A stretch of 64,000 nucleotides of DNA, taken from positions 309 to 64,308 of the forward strand of contig JAFDGZ010000008.1 in assembly GCA_019309045.1 (NCBI GenBank), given 5' to 3'. Made by a program: the position numbers and the translations under genes. Each line of letters opens with the position of its first letter. Position 1 is the stretch's first letter. The notes under the pieces are model-generated. The model saw only the letters and a program-made list of their open reading frames with translations, was not told the DNA's origin and made no database searches. This DNA comes from Deltaproteobacteria bacterium (GTDB lineage: Bacteria > Desulfobacterota > Syntrophobacteria > BM002). Positions 1-9,425 of this stretch are shown here, in pieces.

Positions 1-258
1 AACAACCGGACACTAGTGGGTATTAATTAAAACTTCACAATAGTCAAGCCAAATCGGTTAGTGCAGTTGATCTGAAATCCCTGTGGAGCAGCTGCCAACT
101 TGTGAGCCCCTGGTCTGCCTGGGCAACAAGTCCCCTCCGGAAAAACTCCCGCCAAGCAGCCCCTTGATCATGCAGCCCCGGGATACTATCATGGGGCAGA
201 GAATGGTTGGCCGGCAGAGTGCTGCAGACGTTTTGCAGCGGTGGCAGGAGGAGTTATT

Positions 259-795
259 ATGGCCGAGATAAAGAGCACCCTTGAGCTGGTCATGGAACGA
301 ACCAAGCATCTGAAGCTCTCGGAAGAAGAAAAGGCTGAGGTGCAGATGCAAGAGGCCCTGGCAAAGGTGCAGGGCCTTGTGCGGCAGCTTCAAGACGACA
401 CAGCCACTGTTGCGGATGTGTGCGCCCAGATCGAGGCCCTGCCTCAACATTTGCAAGCGCGCCTCAAGCGACAGATTGCCAGGCAGGTGTGCGACGCTCT
501 GAGCCCCGACCAGCAAAGCGAAGTGCTTGTCAACCTCCTGGAGACATTGCTGGAGCCCTCCTGGGAAGCTCCTTTCAGCCGGTTCAGGAAATGCTGGTCC
601 GAGTACAACCGCCTTCGCGAGGCTGAGAAGGAAAAGGTCACAAACAGCATTGTCGCCAGGCTGGCAGCTGCTGGTATACAGGGTTCGGCAGTGGTTCCCA
701 AGGTGGAAGACGATCCTGCCTGGAGGGAGCAGCTAGAAAATCTGTGGCAACCGTGCGAGCAGCACCTGGCAGCCCTGCGTCAGGCATTGCTTTGA
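259..795 (+). CDS. Conserved hypothetical helical protein
   Basis: ORF 241..795; GGAGGAG RBS before ATG 259; N-terminus MAEIKSTLELVMERTKHL resembles conserved deltaproteobacterial hypotheticals (from memory). Confidence 0.75.
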   Translation: MAEIKSTLELVMERTKHLKLSEEEKAEVQMQEALAKVQGLVRQLQDDTATVADVCAQIEALPQHLQARLKRQIARQVCDALSPDQQSEVLVNLLETLLEPSWEAPFSRFRKCWSEYNRLREAEKEKVTNSIVARLAAAGIQGSAVVPKVEDDPAWREQLENLWQPCEQHLAALRQALL

Positions 796-828
796 GATCC
801 TCTGGAAAAATCTCCTGCAAATACCAGC

Positions 829-1494
829 CTACAGCATACTGAAGAACATACTGCGAACCAGGTAGAAGTTTTCTTTGACGGCTGCCTTGCCCTGGACAGG
901 AGGGCCATGGCCGGGCAAGAGCAGTTCCACATCCAGTTCAGCCAGACGATCAATGGACTGCTGCAGCAAGGCGCCATTGCCTCCGGGAAGATCCGTGCGG
1001 CCGAGGCTTCTGTCGAAAATCACATCGCCTGAAAAGAGAATCTTGCGCTCCTGCCAGTACAGGCAGATGCTGCCGGGGGCGTGCCCAGGAGTATGGATTA
1101 CCTGCAGGGTATGGTTGCCCAAGCGCAGCTCGCCCTCCACCAGGTGCAAGTCGACGCGGTACTCTGGCAAGGCAAGCCCCATGGCGCGGAAGAGCTCCCT
1201 GCCCTGCTCCTCGATGAAGTGCTCAGCCTCAGGATGGAGCGCCACCAGGGTATCGCTATCGAGAAAATCCTCCACAGCTTCGAAATGGTCCGGATGTGGG
1301 TGCGTTGCAATGATGAGCTGGATGTCAGCCCGAGAGAAGCCATCCTCAGCCAGGGCTTTCTCGAGCTGGGGAAAGAGGTGGTGGTGGCCCGGGTCGATGA
1401 GGGTTACCACTTCACCGGCAATGAGATAGCTGTTGCAGTTGTTCTCAACCATACTTTCCCAGGGATAGTTATAGAGATCTTCTTGTAGCTGCAT
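829..1494 (-). CDS. MBL-fold metallo-hydrolase (glyoxalase II-like)
   Basis: THPHPDH, HTPGHAPG, SGD, PGHG motifs; start moved to ATG 1494 after AGGAG. Confidence 0.9.
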   Translation of the reverse strand: MQLQEDLYNYPWESMVENNCNSYLIAGEVVTLIDPGHHHLFPQLEKALAEDGFSRADIQLIIATHPHPDHFEAVEDFLDSDTLVALHPEAEHFIEEQGRELFRAMGLALPEYRVDLHLVEGELRLGNHTLQVIHTPGHAPGSICLYWQERKILFSGDVIFDRSLGRTDLPGGNGALLQQSIDRLAELDVELLLPGHGPPVQGKAAVKENFYLVRSMFFSML

Positions 1495-1508
1495 TGGTCG
1501 CTTGCTCC

Positions 1509-3479
1509 TTACTGGTTCTCGCTGGTGCTGCTGCCAGAGAAATCCAGGAAACACTGCTCAACAGGTTCTGTCAGAGAAAGTGTAACCTTCATAACATCTC
1601 CTTCCAGAGAAGTATTCATCAGGTAGCCCATCTTCTGAAAAACTGCCAGGGCCTGGCGATTTCCAGGGTCGAGGTAGGTGACAAAACCTTCGATATGTTT
1701 GCTCTTTGCTATATTGATCAGCTGTTGCAGGAGCAGGCTGGCCACCCCCTTTCCCTGCCATTGTTGGCGCACAGCAAAGTCCACTTCAGCCATATTGGTT
1801 TCCTCATCCAGGAGATAACGACCCACAGCAACCACTGTTTCGGCAGCCAGTTCGCCGGTCACAGCTACCAGGCACATTTCTCGGTGATAGTCTATCTGCA
1901 GAAGCGCCCGTAGATCAGGACGAGGAAAAACCTTCATGGCGGAAAGAAAGCGAATAAAAGGCTTCTCTTGCGGCAGGGCATAGAAGAATTCCTGCAGGGC
2001 GCGCTCGTCAGTGAGTCGCACCGGCCGGAGGCGAATTTCCTCTCCTCCAGCAAGCACCTGCCGCAGCTGCCAGGTTTCAGGATATGGCTGTGGGGCACCT
2101 TTTGGCGGCTGCAGGTGCCGGTAAATGTAGTGAAGCCTCTGGGCAGCGCGAAACAGCTGCTCTCTAAACTTGGGATGGGCCAGTTCTATCAGGGCCAGAG
2201 CACGCTCCCGGATACTCTTGCCGTGGAGATTCACCGCACCGTATTCAGTGACAATGTAATGGACACCACCGCGAGTGTTGATTACCCCGGCTCCCTCACT
2301 GAGATGAGGCACGATTCTAGACTCTTCTTCGTCCAGAGTCGTGGATGGCAGCACTATAATACTTTTGCCATTCTTGGACAGCAGTGCCCCTCTGATGAAG
2401 TCCACGGCCCCGCCCACTCCACTGTATATGGTGTGGCCAACGGAGTCGGCGCATACCTGGCCGCTGAGATCCACCTGCAGAGCAGAGTTGATGCAGACCA
2501 TATTGTCGTTCTTGCTGATGACGAAATAGTCATTGGTATACTCTGCGGGGTAAAAGGCCACCATGGGGTTGTCCTCCACAAAGTCATAAAGTCTTCTGGA
2601 CCCCATACAGAAACTGGCCACGACTTTCTTGGGATGCAGGGTTTTTTTCCTGTTGGTAATGGCGCCCTTTTCAATGAGGTAGAGAAAGGCGTCTGTGAGC
2701 ATGTCAGTGTGCACACCCAGATCTTTTTTGTCAGCAAGGGAGTAGAGCGCTGCATTGGCCACGCTGCCAACGCCAGCTCTGATGGTTGAGCCGTCATCAA
2801 TGAGCTCGGCCACCTCCCTGCCTATTTCGTAGGCGGTGTCATTCATCAGGGGCGGCGGCATCTCCAACAATTCTTCCCTGTGTTCCACCACCGCATCGAT
2901 CTGATCTATATGGATATAGGCATCGCCGTGGACTCTGGGCATTCTCGGATTGATCTGGGCAATGACGATTCTGGCCTCCTCGGCCGCGGCTTTGACAATA
3001 TCCACGGAAATACCATAAGAACAATAGCCGTGAGGATCCGGGGGAGATACCTGGATGAGGGCAACGTCTATTGGACTGTGACCACTGCGGAACAGCTGCG
3101 GCACATCGTAGAGATAGATGGGCGTATAGTCGGCTCGCCCTTCGGCAACCGCCTGCCGCGAACCGGAAGCCACGAAGAAAGATTTCAGGCGGCATTTGTC
3201 TCGAAAGGCTTCCTCAGTAAAAGATGCCTTGCCGAGTGAGAGCAGATGGAGTATTTCCAGATCAGCCAGCTGCACCACCATGCGTTCCAGGGCCCGCACC
3301 AGATGCTGGGGCTCGCCGCAGCCAGAGCCGATAAACACTCTGTTGCCCCGGCGAATGCGGGCCATAGCTCTTTCTGCACTGGTCTTCTTCTTCTGATAAT
3401 CGGCAGAGAGGACAGCAGCATGGTCACCCCCAGGAGAAGCGTTTTTGCTGAGACTCGTTTGCGGACCACTTTTCATCAC
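1509..3479 (-). CDS. Acetyl-CoA hydrolase/4-hydroxybutyrate CoA-transferase family domain fused to C-terminal GNAT acetyltransferase
   Basis: QVSPPDPHGYCSYG, NSALQVDLSGQV, SGVGGAVDF, VTEYG; C-terminal AEVDFAVRQQWQGKGVA is GNAT motif A. Confidence 0.9.
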   Translation of the reverse strand: MMKSGPQTSLSKNASPGGDHAAVLSADYQKKKTSAERAMARIRRGNRVFIGSGCGEPQHLVRALERMVVQLADLEILHLLSLGKASFTEEAFRDKCRLKSFFVASGSRQAVAEGRADYTPIYLYDVPQLFRSGHSPIDVALIQVSPPDPHGYCSYGISVDIVKAAAEEARIVIAQINPRMPRVHGDAYIHIDQIDAVVEHREELLEMPPPLMNDTAYEIGREVAELIDDGSTIRAGVGSVANAALYSLADKKDLGVHTDMLTDAFLYLIEKGAITNRKKTLHPKKVVASFCMGSRRLYDFVEDNPMVAFYPAEYTNDYFVISKNDNMVCINSALQVDLSGQVCADSVGHTIYSGVGGAVDFIRGALLSKNGKSIIVLPSTTLDEEESRIVPHLSEGAGVINTRGGVHYIVTEYGAVNLHGKSIRERALALIELAHPKFREQLFRAAQRLHYIYRHLQPPKGAPQPYPETWQLRQVLAGGEEIRLRPVRLTDERALQEFFYALPQEKPFIRFLSAMKVFPRPDLRALLQIDYHREMCLVAVTGELAAETVVAVGRYLLDEETNMAEVDFAVRQQWQGKGVASLLLQQLINIAKSKHIEGFVTYLDPGNRQALAVFQKMGYLMNTSLEGDVMKVTLSLTEPVEQCFLDFSGSSTSENQ

Positions 3480-3519
3480 TATATCTCCCAGCGGCTACCG
3501 GGTGGTATTCACAGCAGCA

Positions 3520-4326
3520 TCAGGTTTCCTCTGGTTTCTCGGCAGAGTTGTGCGGCAGCAGCAGCCAGAGGCAAAGCGCTGCCAGAATCATAGCAAGGCA
3601 GAGAAGCTGCCCCATTGAAAGAAAACCGAAAAAGAGACCGAGCTGCGGGTCTGGCTCTCGAAAAAACTCGGCCAGGAAGCGCAGGATGCCGTAGCCAGCG
3701 AGAAAGAGACATACCATGCCCCCAGACCACCTGAGGCGATTTTTCAGCAGCCAGAGAAGTGCGAACAACACCACCCCTTCCAGAAAAGCTTCATACAGCT
3801 GAGAGGGGTGCCGGGGCAGGGGTCCTCCCTCAGGAAATAGCATGGCCCAGGGCACCGAACTGGGACGGCCGAAGAGTTCACCATTGATGAAGTTTCCCAG
3901 CCGTCCCAGGCCGAGGCCAATAGGGGCGGTGATTATTACCACATCTGCAACCTCCAGCATGGGAAGGCCGGCGCGGCGGCAGAAAAGAATCCCGGCAAGC
4001 ACAGCGCCTAACAACCCCCCATGAAAAGACATGCCGCCGTGCCAGATGGCGATAATCTCCAGAGGGTGCTCCACATAGAAGGCATAATCGTGAAACTGGT
4101 AAAAGAGCACGTAGCCGAGGCGGGCCCCAACCACCAGACCGACAGCCAGATAAAACATGAAATCTTGCAGGCGCGAGCCATGGAGACCAAGTTTGCGGGC
4201 TCTCTCCATCCTCTGAATCAGCAGGTAGGATGCCAGGAAGCCCAGCACATACATGAGGCCGTACCAGCGCAGCTTGATGGGACCGATCTCGATAATGTTG
4301 GGATTGATCTTTGGATAGGCCAGCAT
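3520..4326 (-). CDS. lgt: Prolipoprotein diacylglyceryl transferase
   Basis: RWYGLMY, GGMSFHGG, GRLGNFINGEL, HPSQLYE, EFFREPD. Confidence 0.97.
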   Translation of the reverse strand: MLAYPKINPNIIEIGPIKLRWYGLMYVLGFLASYLLIQRMERARKLGLHGSRLQDFMFYLAVGLVVGARLGYVLFYQFHDYAFYVEHPLEIIAIWHGGMSFHGGLLGAVLAGILFCRRAGLPMLEVADVVIITAPIGLGLGRLGNFINGELFGRPSSVPWAMLFPEGGPLPRHPSQLYEAFLEGVVLFALLWLLKNRLRWSGGMVCLFLAGYGILRFLAEFFREPDPQLGLFFGFLSMGQLLCLAMILAALCLWLLLPHNSAEKPEET

Positions 4327-4566
4327 GGGCAGTCAGTCTCCACTGCACAATGACCAGCCAGCAAGCTGGCTGTTGGGATTGTGCCCCAGCGGTCAACCTT
4401 ATTGTCCTCGGACAGTAACATGCAGTATCATAAGGAGATCTGAGCGTCAACCAATGAGGCACATCGCCACCAGGAGGTTTGCGGGGCGGCTGTCAGTGGA
4501 GCTGCTGCCCGGAAAAATATCTAGCAGGCCGCGGACACTCCTGGTTGCCACAGAGGAGAAAAGGTT

Positions 4567-4773
4567 ATGGCACCACTCGATCGTCAGCGAATAGAAGTGC
4601 TGCTGCACCACTGGCAGCACCACAATGAGGAACATGCCGATTCATTCGACAAGTATGCCCGGCAACTGCGGGAACAGGGCTGGGAGAAGATCGCCGCCTA
4701 TCTGGAAGAAGCCAGCCAGCTGAGTCGACAGACTGGCGAGCTGTTGAGGCGGGCACTCGCCGACCTTAGCTGA
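4567..4773 (+). CDS. Small His-rich helical protein, possibly metal-binding
   Basis: GAGGAG RBS; LLHHWQHHNEEH motif; co-oriented with mobB. Confidence 0.7.
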   Translation: MAPLDRQRIEVLLHHWQHHNEEHADSFDKYARQLREQGWEKIAAYLEEASQLSRQTGELLRRALADLS

Positions 4774-4805
4774 GTTACCCAAGAGAACTGGAAAGGAGGC
4801 TGTTG

Positions 4806-5480
4806 ATGCCCAGTATTGTATCTGTTGTGGGCAAGTCTAAAGTTGGCAAGACAACCTTTATCGAGAAACTCGTGCCCGAGCTGCAGCGACGAGGATATCG
4901 GCTGGGTACTATCAAGCACGATGCCCACGATCACGCCGACATTGATCATCCGGGAAAAGACAGTTGGCGGCACCGCCAGGCAGGCGCCCAGACCGTGGCC
5001 CTCAGTTCACCTTCCAGAATCGCCCTCATCAAAGAGGTGCCGGAAGAACTGGATCTGGACAGCATCGTTGCCATGTATTTCCAGGATGAAGATCTGGTGC
5101 TCACCGAAGGCTACAAGGGGAGCAACAAGGCAAAGATCGAGATCTTCCGCAGTGAAGTGCATGAAGAGCTGCTCTGCACCCCGGCAGATAGACTGCTAGC
5201 TGTGGTGAGCGATGTGTCACTGCCTGTGGAGGTGCCCTGCTTCGACCTGGAAGATGTGGCAGGAGTAGCGTCCTTGCTGGAAGAGCGCTTTCTGCGTGCC
5301 GCCTCTGATACAACCATGATCGTCCGGCTGGACGGCAAAAGGCTTCCCATGAAATCTTTTGTCAGGGACTTTGTGGTGGGCGGCATTACTGGCATGCTTT
5401 CAGCACTGCGAGGCTACAGAACTCCCAGCAGGATAGACATAGCTATTCGCTTGCCGAAGCAACAGAGAGAATCCACATGA
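4806..5480 (+). CDS. mobB: Molybdopterin-guanine dinucleotide biosynthesis protein B
   Basis: GKSKVGKTT, IKHDAH, DHPGKDSWRH, EGYK. Confidence 0.93.
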   Translation: MPSIVSVVGKSKVGKTTFIEKLVPELQRRGYRLGTIKHDAHDHADIDHPGKDSWRHRQAGAQTVALSSPSRIALIKEVPEELDLDSIVAMYFQDEDLVLTEGYKGSNKAKIEIFRSEVHEELLCTPADRLLAVVSDVSLPVEVPCFDLEDVAGVASLLEERFLRAASDTTMIVRLDGKRLPMKSFVRDFVVGGITGMLSALRGYRTPSRIDIAIRLPKQQREST

Positions 5481-6082
5481 TCGGAGTCGTCCTAGCAGGC
5501 GGCAAGAGCCGCCGTTTCGGCAGAAACAAGGCCCTGGAACTGTTCCAGGGGGAACGGCTCATAGAGCGCCAGGTCAGAACCCTCGGGCGGATATTTTCTG
5601 AAGTGATAATCGTCAGCAACACTCCGGAAGTCTATGTGGACCTCCAGGTGACCTTGTTGCGAGACATCATCCCTGAACAGGGGCCTCTGGGGGGCATATA
5701 TACCGGGCTGCTCTATGCTCGGGACAGGGGTATTTTCGTGGCCGGCTGCGATATGCCCTTTCTGCAGGCCGCCCTCATAGGTAAAATGGTGGAACTGGCT
5801 GCCAACTACGACGTGGTCATTCCAGAAAAGGAAGGCCGCCTGGAGCCCCTGCATGCAGCCTATTCGAGCCGCTGTCTGCCTCACATCGAGGGTATGCTCA
5901 AACGAAAAGAGCTCCAGGTAATCAGATTTTTCCCGGCCGTGAGGGTGTACCGTCTGGGAGAAAAGGAGTGCCAGGCAATTGATCCTCTCGGCATCTCCTT
6001 TTTCAACATCAACACCGTTGCTGATCTGTCCAGAGCAGAAGAACTCCTGCAGCTGCAGCAGAAGGCAACTGCCGGCAAATAG
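5477..6082 (+). CDS. mobA: Molybdenum cofactor guanylyltransferase
   Basis: LAGGKSRRFGRNKA, GPLGGI, CDMPF, EPLHA, NINT; ATGA overlap with mobB. Confidence 0.95.
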   Translation: MIGVVLAGGKSRRFGRNKALELFQGERLIERQVRTLGRIFSEVIIVSNTPEVYVDLQVTLLRDIIPEQGPLGGIYTGLLYARDRGIFVAGCDMPFLQAALIGKMVELAANYDVVIPEKEGRLEPLHAAYSSRCLPHIEGMLKRKELQVIRFFPAVRVYRLGEKECQAIDPLGISFFNINTVADLSRAEELLQLQQKATAGK

Positions 6083-6184
6083 GGGGAAAGCAGACTGCTG
6101 GAAGCCATTTGCAGAGGAGAGACGAGATTCTTTCTGCTTCAATGTTTCGAGATCCACTGACTTCACCATCAGGCTGAGCACTGC

Positions 6185-7474
6185 ATGAACCGCAGAATAG
6201 CAACTCTTGAACAGGCGCTGGCACTGATAGATAAAGTTGCGCCAACTCTGGCTACCGAGGAAGTGTCACTCGATGCAGCTCTGGCACGGGTGCTCTGTGA
6301 GGAGATCAGAGCCAATCGCCACGAGCCTGCCTCGGCCAGAGCAGCTATGGACGGCTATGCCCTGAGAAGCGTGGATACCGCAGGCGCCAGTTCCGACCGG
6401 CCGCTTTTTTTTGAAATCGTCGGCAATGCCAGCGCCGGCCGAACGCCATCTTGCGAAGTAGGCCGGCGTCAGGCCACAGTAATATCCACTGGTGCGGTTC
6501 TGCCTCCGGGAGCAGATGCAGTGATACCTCATGAACAGGTGCTGCCTGCGCCCGGGGGCATCCAGGTCTCCTCTGCTCTGGCCGCCGGGGCCTGGACCAG
6601 CCAGCCCGGGGTGGATTTTCAGCAGGGAGAGCATCTGCTCAGCAAAGGCGCCATCCTGCAGGCTGCAGAGCTGACTGTCATTGCCGCCCTGGGCAGGAGA
6701 GCAGTGCTGGTAAGGCGGCGACCCAGGGTGGCGATTCTGGCTACCGGCGACGAACTTGCAGAGCCGGGCTCCACAGCACACCCTGACAAGGTGTTCGCCA
6801 GCAATCTGCAGACCGTTCTCCAGCTGGTGCGCATCTGGGGCGGCGAGGTGATCACCGCCGCAGTGGTGCGGGACACCCTGGCAGCGGTCGTCGCAAGCAT
6901 CGACGAAATGCGGGGATTGGACCTCATAGTAACCACGGGAGGAACCGGCAAGGGAGGCAAAGACTTCATTGCTGCCGCAGTCACCTCACTGATGGGGAAG
7001 ATACACTTCGCAGGAGTCAGAATGACTCCAGGCAAACAGACGCTTCTCGCCAGCCTGGGGAAGACCCTCCTCTTTGCTCTGCCGGGCAGGCCAACAGCTG
7101 TGTTTGCTGCTCTTCAAGAGCTGGTGCGTCCAGCTCTTCTGCGGATGCTGGGCCTTTCCTGCACCAGAGTGCCTGAAGTCAAAGCCACCCTCTGCCAGGC
7201 TGTGGAAAACAGCAGAAAAGAGATGCTGGCTCTGCTGCCCTGCCGCCTGACCTTCACAGTGGACGGAGCCCAGGTATGGCCGCTGGACCGCCAGGCCGGA
7301 GGGATGTTCGCCAGCATGCTGGCAAGCAATGCTCTACTACGGTTGGATCCCGGGGAAATCAGAGGCAGCGGCGAACAGGTTGCTGTGCAAATGGTAAATC
7401 TCGGTCTATCGGCGCTGTGCTACTTTACAGACAAGGGCCAGCAGATCCAGCAACGCCCCCCCTGCGGAAAATAA
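6185..7474 (+). CDS. moeA: Molybdopterin molybdotransferase (divergent)
   Basis: AMDGYA, TGAVLPPGADAV, TGDEL, TTGG, LPG. Confidence 0.88.
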   Translation: MNRRIATLEQALALIDKVAPTLATEEVSLDAALARVLCEEIRANRHEPASARAAMDGYALRSVDTAGASSDRPLFFEIVGNASAGRTPSCEVGRRQATVISTGAVLPPGADAVIPHEQVLPAPGGIQVSSALAAGAWTSQPGVDFQQGEHLLSKGAILQAAELTVIAALGRRAVLVRRRPRVAILATGDELAEPGSTAHPDKVFASNLQTVLQLVRIWGGEVITAAVVRDTLAAVVASIDEMRGLDLIVTTGGTGKGGKDFIAAAVTSLMGKIHFAGVRMTPGKQTLLASLGKTLLFALPGRPTAVFAALQELVRPALLRMLGLSCTRVPEVKATLCQAVENSRKEMLALLPCRLTFTVDGAQVWPLDRQAGGMFASMLASNALLRLDPGEIRGSGEQVAVQMVNLGLSALCYFTDKGQQIQQRPPCGK

Positions 7475-7491
7475 TTCACCAGAGTGCTGCC

Positions 7492-8319
7492 TCAGCTGCT
7501 GCCTGCCGTTTGCATTATGACGTTTTCGCGGCCGGTGTAAACCACCATGCCGCCTCCCCTCACCAGACCGACTACTGTTATGTTCAGATCTCGAGCCAGA
7601 TCCAGAGAGAGGCTGGTTGCAGCAGAACGTGATATCAGCATGGGGAGCTTCATTTTCGCCGCCTTGATCAGGATCTCCGAGGTGATCCGCCCGGTGGTGA
7701 CCAGGATCTTGTCACTGGTCGAGATATCGTTGAGAAAACATTCTCCGACAATCATATCAACCGCATTGTGGCGGCCGATGTCAGTCCGGAAAATCAGTAT
7801 CTCCTCACCTGCAGCCAGGGCGCAGTTGTGCACACCCCGAGAAAGGCGGTACAGCTCGGAGCGCTGATTCAGTTTGGACATGAGCCGGCGAATCTGTGCC
7901 ACGGTCACAGTGAGGGGCGAGCGAATTGCGCGGCTGTGGATCGAGTCCAGCACATGGTAAAAGAGGGTTCCTTTGCCGCAGCCAGAGGTGACAGTTCTCT
8001 TGCCCTGGAGTTCGACGGCGCTGCTGGTCTCTTCACTGGAAGAGACCCGGACCACATGCGTCTGCCGATCCACTTCCACGGCGGTGATGCTCTGCCGGCG
8101 GTGCAGAAGACCTTCCGACCTGAGAAAGCCCACGGCCAGGCTCTCCACGTGAGCTCCAGTGCATAAAAGGGTAACAATCTCCCGGCCGTTCAAAAAGATG
8201 GTGAGGGGAATCTCCCTTACCACTGTGGCTTTGCCCTGCCGCGAGCTGTCTCCCCGGATTCGCAGGGCCCCCACTTCTTGGGTGAGGTTGGCGGTAGTAG
8301 TGCAAGGGATCTCTGCCAT
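7492..8319 (-). CDS. fdhD: Formate dehydrogenase accessory sulfurtransferase
   Basis: TSGCG, GVHNCAL, DIGRHNAVD, TGRITSE. Confidence 0.95.
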   Translation of the reverse strand: MAEIPCTTTANLTQEVGALRIRGDSSRQGKATVVREIPLTIFLNGREIVTLLCTGAHVESLAVGFLRSEGLLHRRQSITAVEVDRQTHVVRVSSSEETSSAVELQGKRTVTSGCGKGTLFYHVLDSIHSRAIRSPLTVTVAQIRRLMSKLNQRSELYRLSRGVHNCALAAGEEILIFRTDIGRHNAVDMIVGECFLNDISTSDKILVTTGRITSEILIKAAKMKLPMLISRSAATSLSLDLARDLNITVVGLVRGGGMVVYTGRENVIMQTAGSS

Positions 8320-8726
8320 GCAGACCTCATACTGACCTCACGGCCAGCAAAAACAGGCGGACACCAAGGGTTTTTTGCTTCGGACAACTCTACCATAACG
8401 GAAGAGACGGCACTTGTCAAAGAATGTGCTCGACAAATTGCCTTAATTTGTTAAGATAACAGAGAGTTGTTTGAACTTACGGCGGTCCTGCCTGCCAGCG
8501 GCTCCAGCGCCAGCAGCAACAGTGAAGCGTGCCCCTGCTGCGGCCAGCGGCAGGAGCACTGCCTGATAGACTGCCCACGAGGCATGGCGGCACACATTGC
8601 AGACGGCTCGCTTGCAGACAGCGCCAGATTGATCCGGGGCTCCGTATTATGTCCATGGGGCAGTAGCAATGAAGTGCAGACGGTTGTTTTCCTTTGACCA
8701 TAATCTGCAGCGGACTGGGCTGAAAG

Positions 8727-9371
8727 ATGCTTAAAGGAAGCACACTGGAGACTGTCTACTACCGGTTTCTGGGCAAATACCTGGTACCTTGCTGCGTATT
8801 TCTTCGTCTGAAGCCGAATCATGTCACCATCTTTGGTGCCCTTTCCGGCCTGGCAGCGGGTATATGCTTTGTCTTCAGCCCCTTGTGGGGTGGAGCCCTC
8901 ACCCTGCTCACCGGTCTTCTGGACACTCTCGACGGAGCGCTGGCTCGGCAGCTTGGCCAGGAAGAAAGACGCGGCGCCTTCATGGATTCGGTGCTGGACC
9001 GGTACACAGAGCTCTGCATCCTGGGAGGCATCTGGGCCTATTTTTACCGAGTGGGTGGTGCTACTCCGCTGATGACAGTAACCATCGTTCTGGTGCTGTT
9101 TGGCTCTCTGATGGTCAGTTACACCCGGGCCAGGGCAGAAGCGCTGCGGGTATCATGTATGGTGGGCCTGTTTCAGCGAGGAGAGCGCATTATTGCCATC
9201 GGCGTCACAGGCATGGTCAATTCCATAGTGAACCTGACTGCCAGGGCAAACGAAGCTGCGGTGCTCGGCCAGGACGCGGTGCTGATCGTAGTCCTCATTC
9301 TGCTGGCCGTAGGAACCAACCTGACTGCTCTGTGGCGCTTTTTTCACGTCTGCAACCAGCTGCGCTCGTAA
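8727..9371 (+). CDS. CDP-alcohol phosphatidyltransferase family protein
   Basis: DTLDGALARQLG...GAFMDSVLDR signature; several TM segments. Confidence 0.92.
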   Translation: MLKGSTLETVYYRFLGKYLVPCCVFLRLKPNHVTIFGALSGLAAGICFVFSPLWGGALTLLTGLLDTLDGALARQLGQEERRGAFMDSVLDRYTELCILGGIWAYFYRVGGATPLMTVTIVLVLFGSLMVSYTRARAEALRVSCMVGLFQRGERIIAIGVTGMVNSIVNLTARANEAAVLGQDAVLIVVLILLAVGTNLTALWRFFHVCNQLRS

Positions 9372-9425
9372 CAACAATCCAGACTGGTCGGTCCTCCTGT
9401 TCCATATCGAGCTCCGGCAGCCAGT

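Noticed and set aside
8467-8697. Cys-rich 76-aa ORF between fdhD and the CDP-alcohol transferase
   Set aside because: TTG start with a weak RBS, low-complexity sequence and no family pattern; probably spurious.
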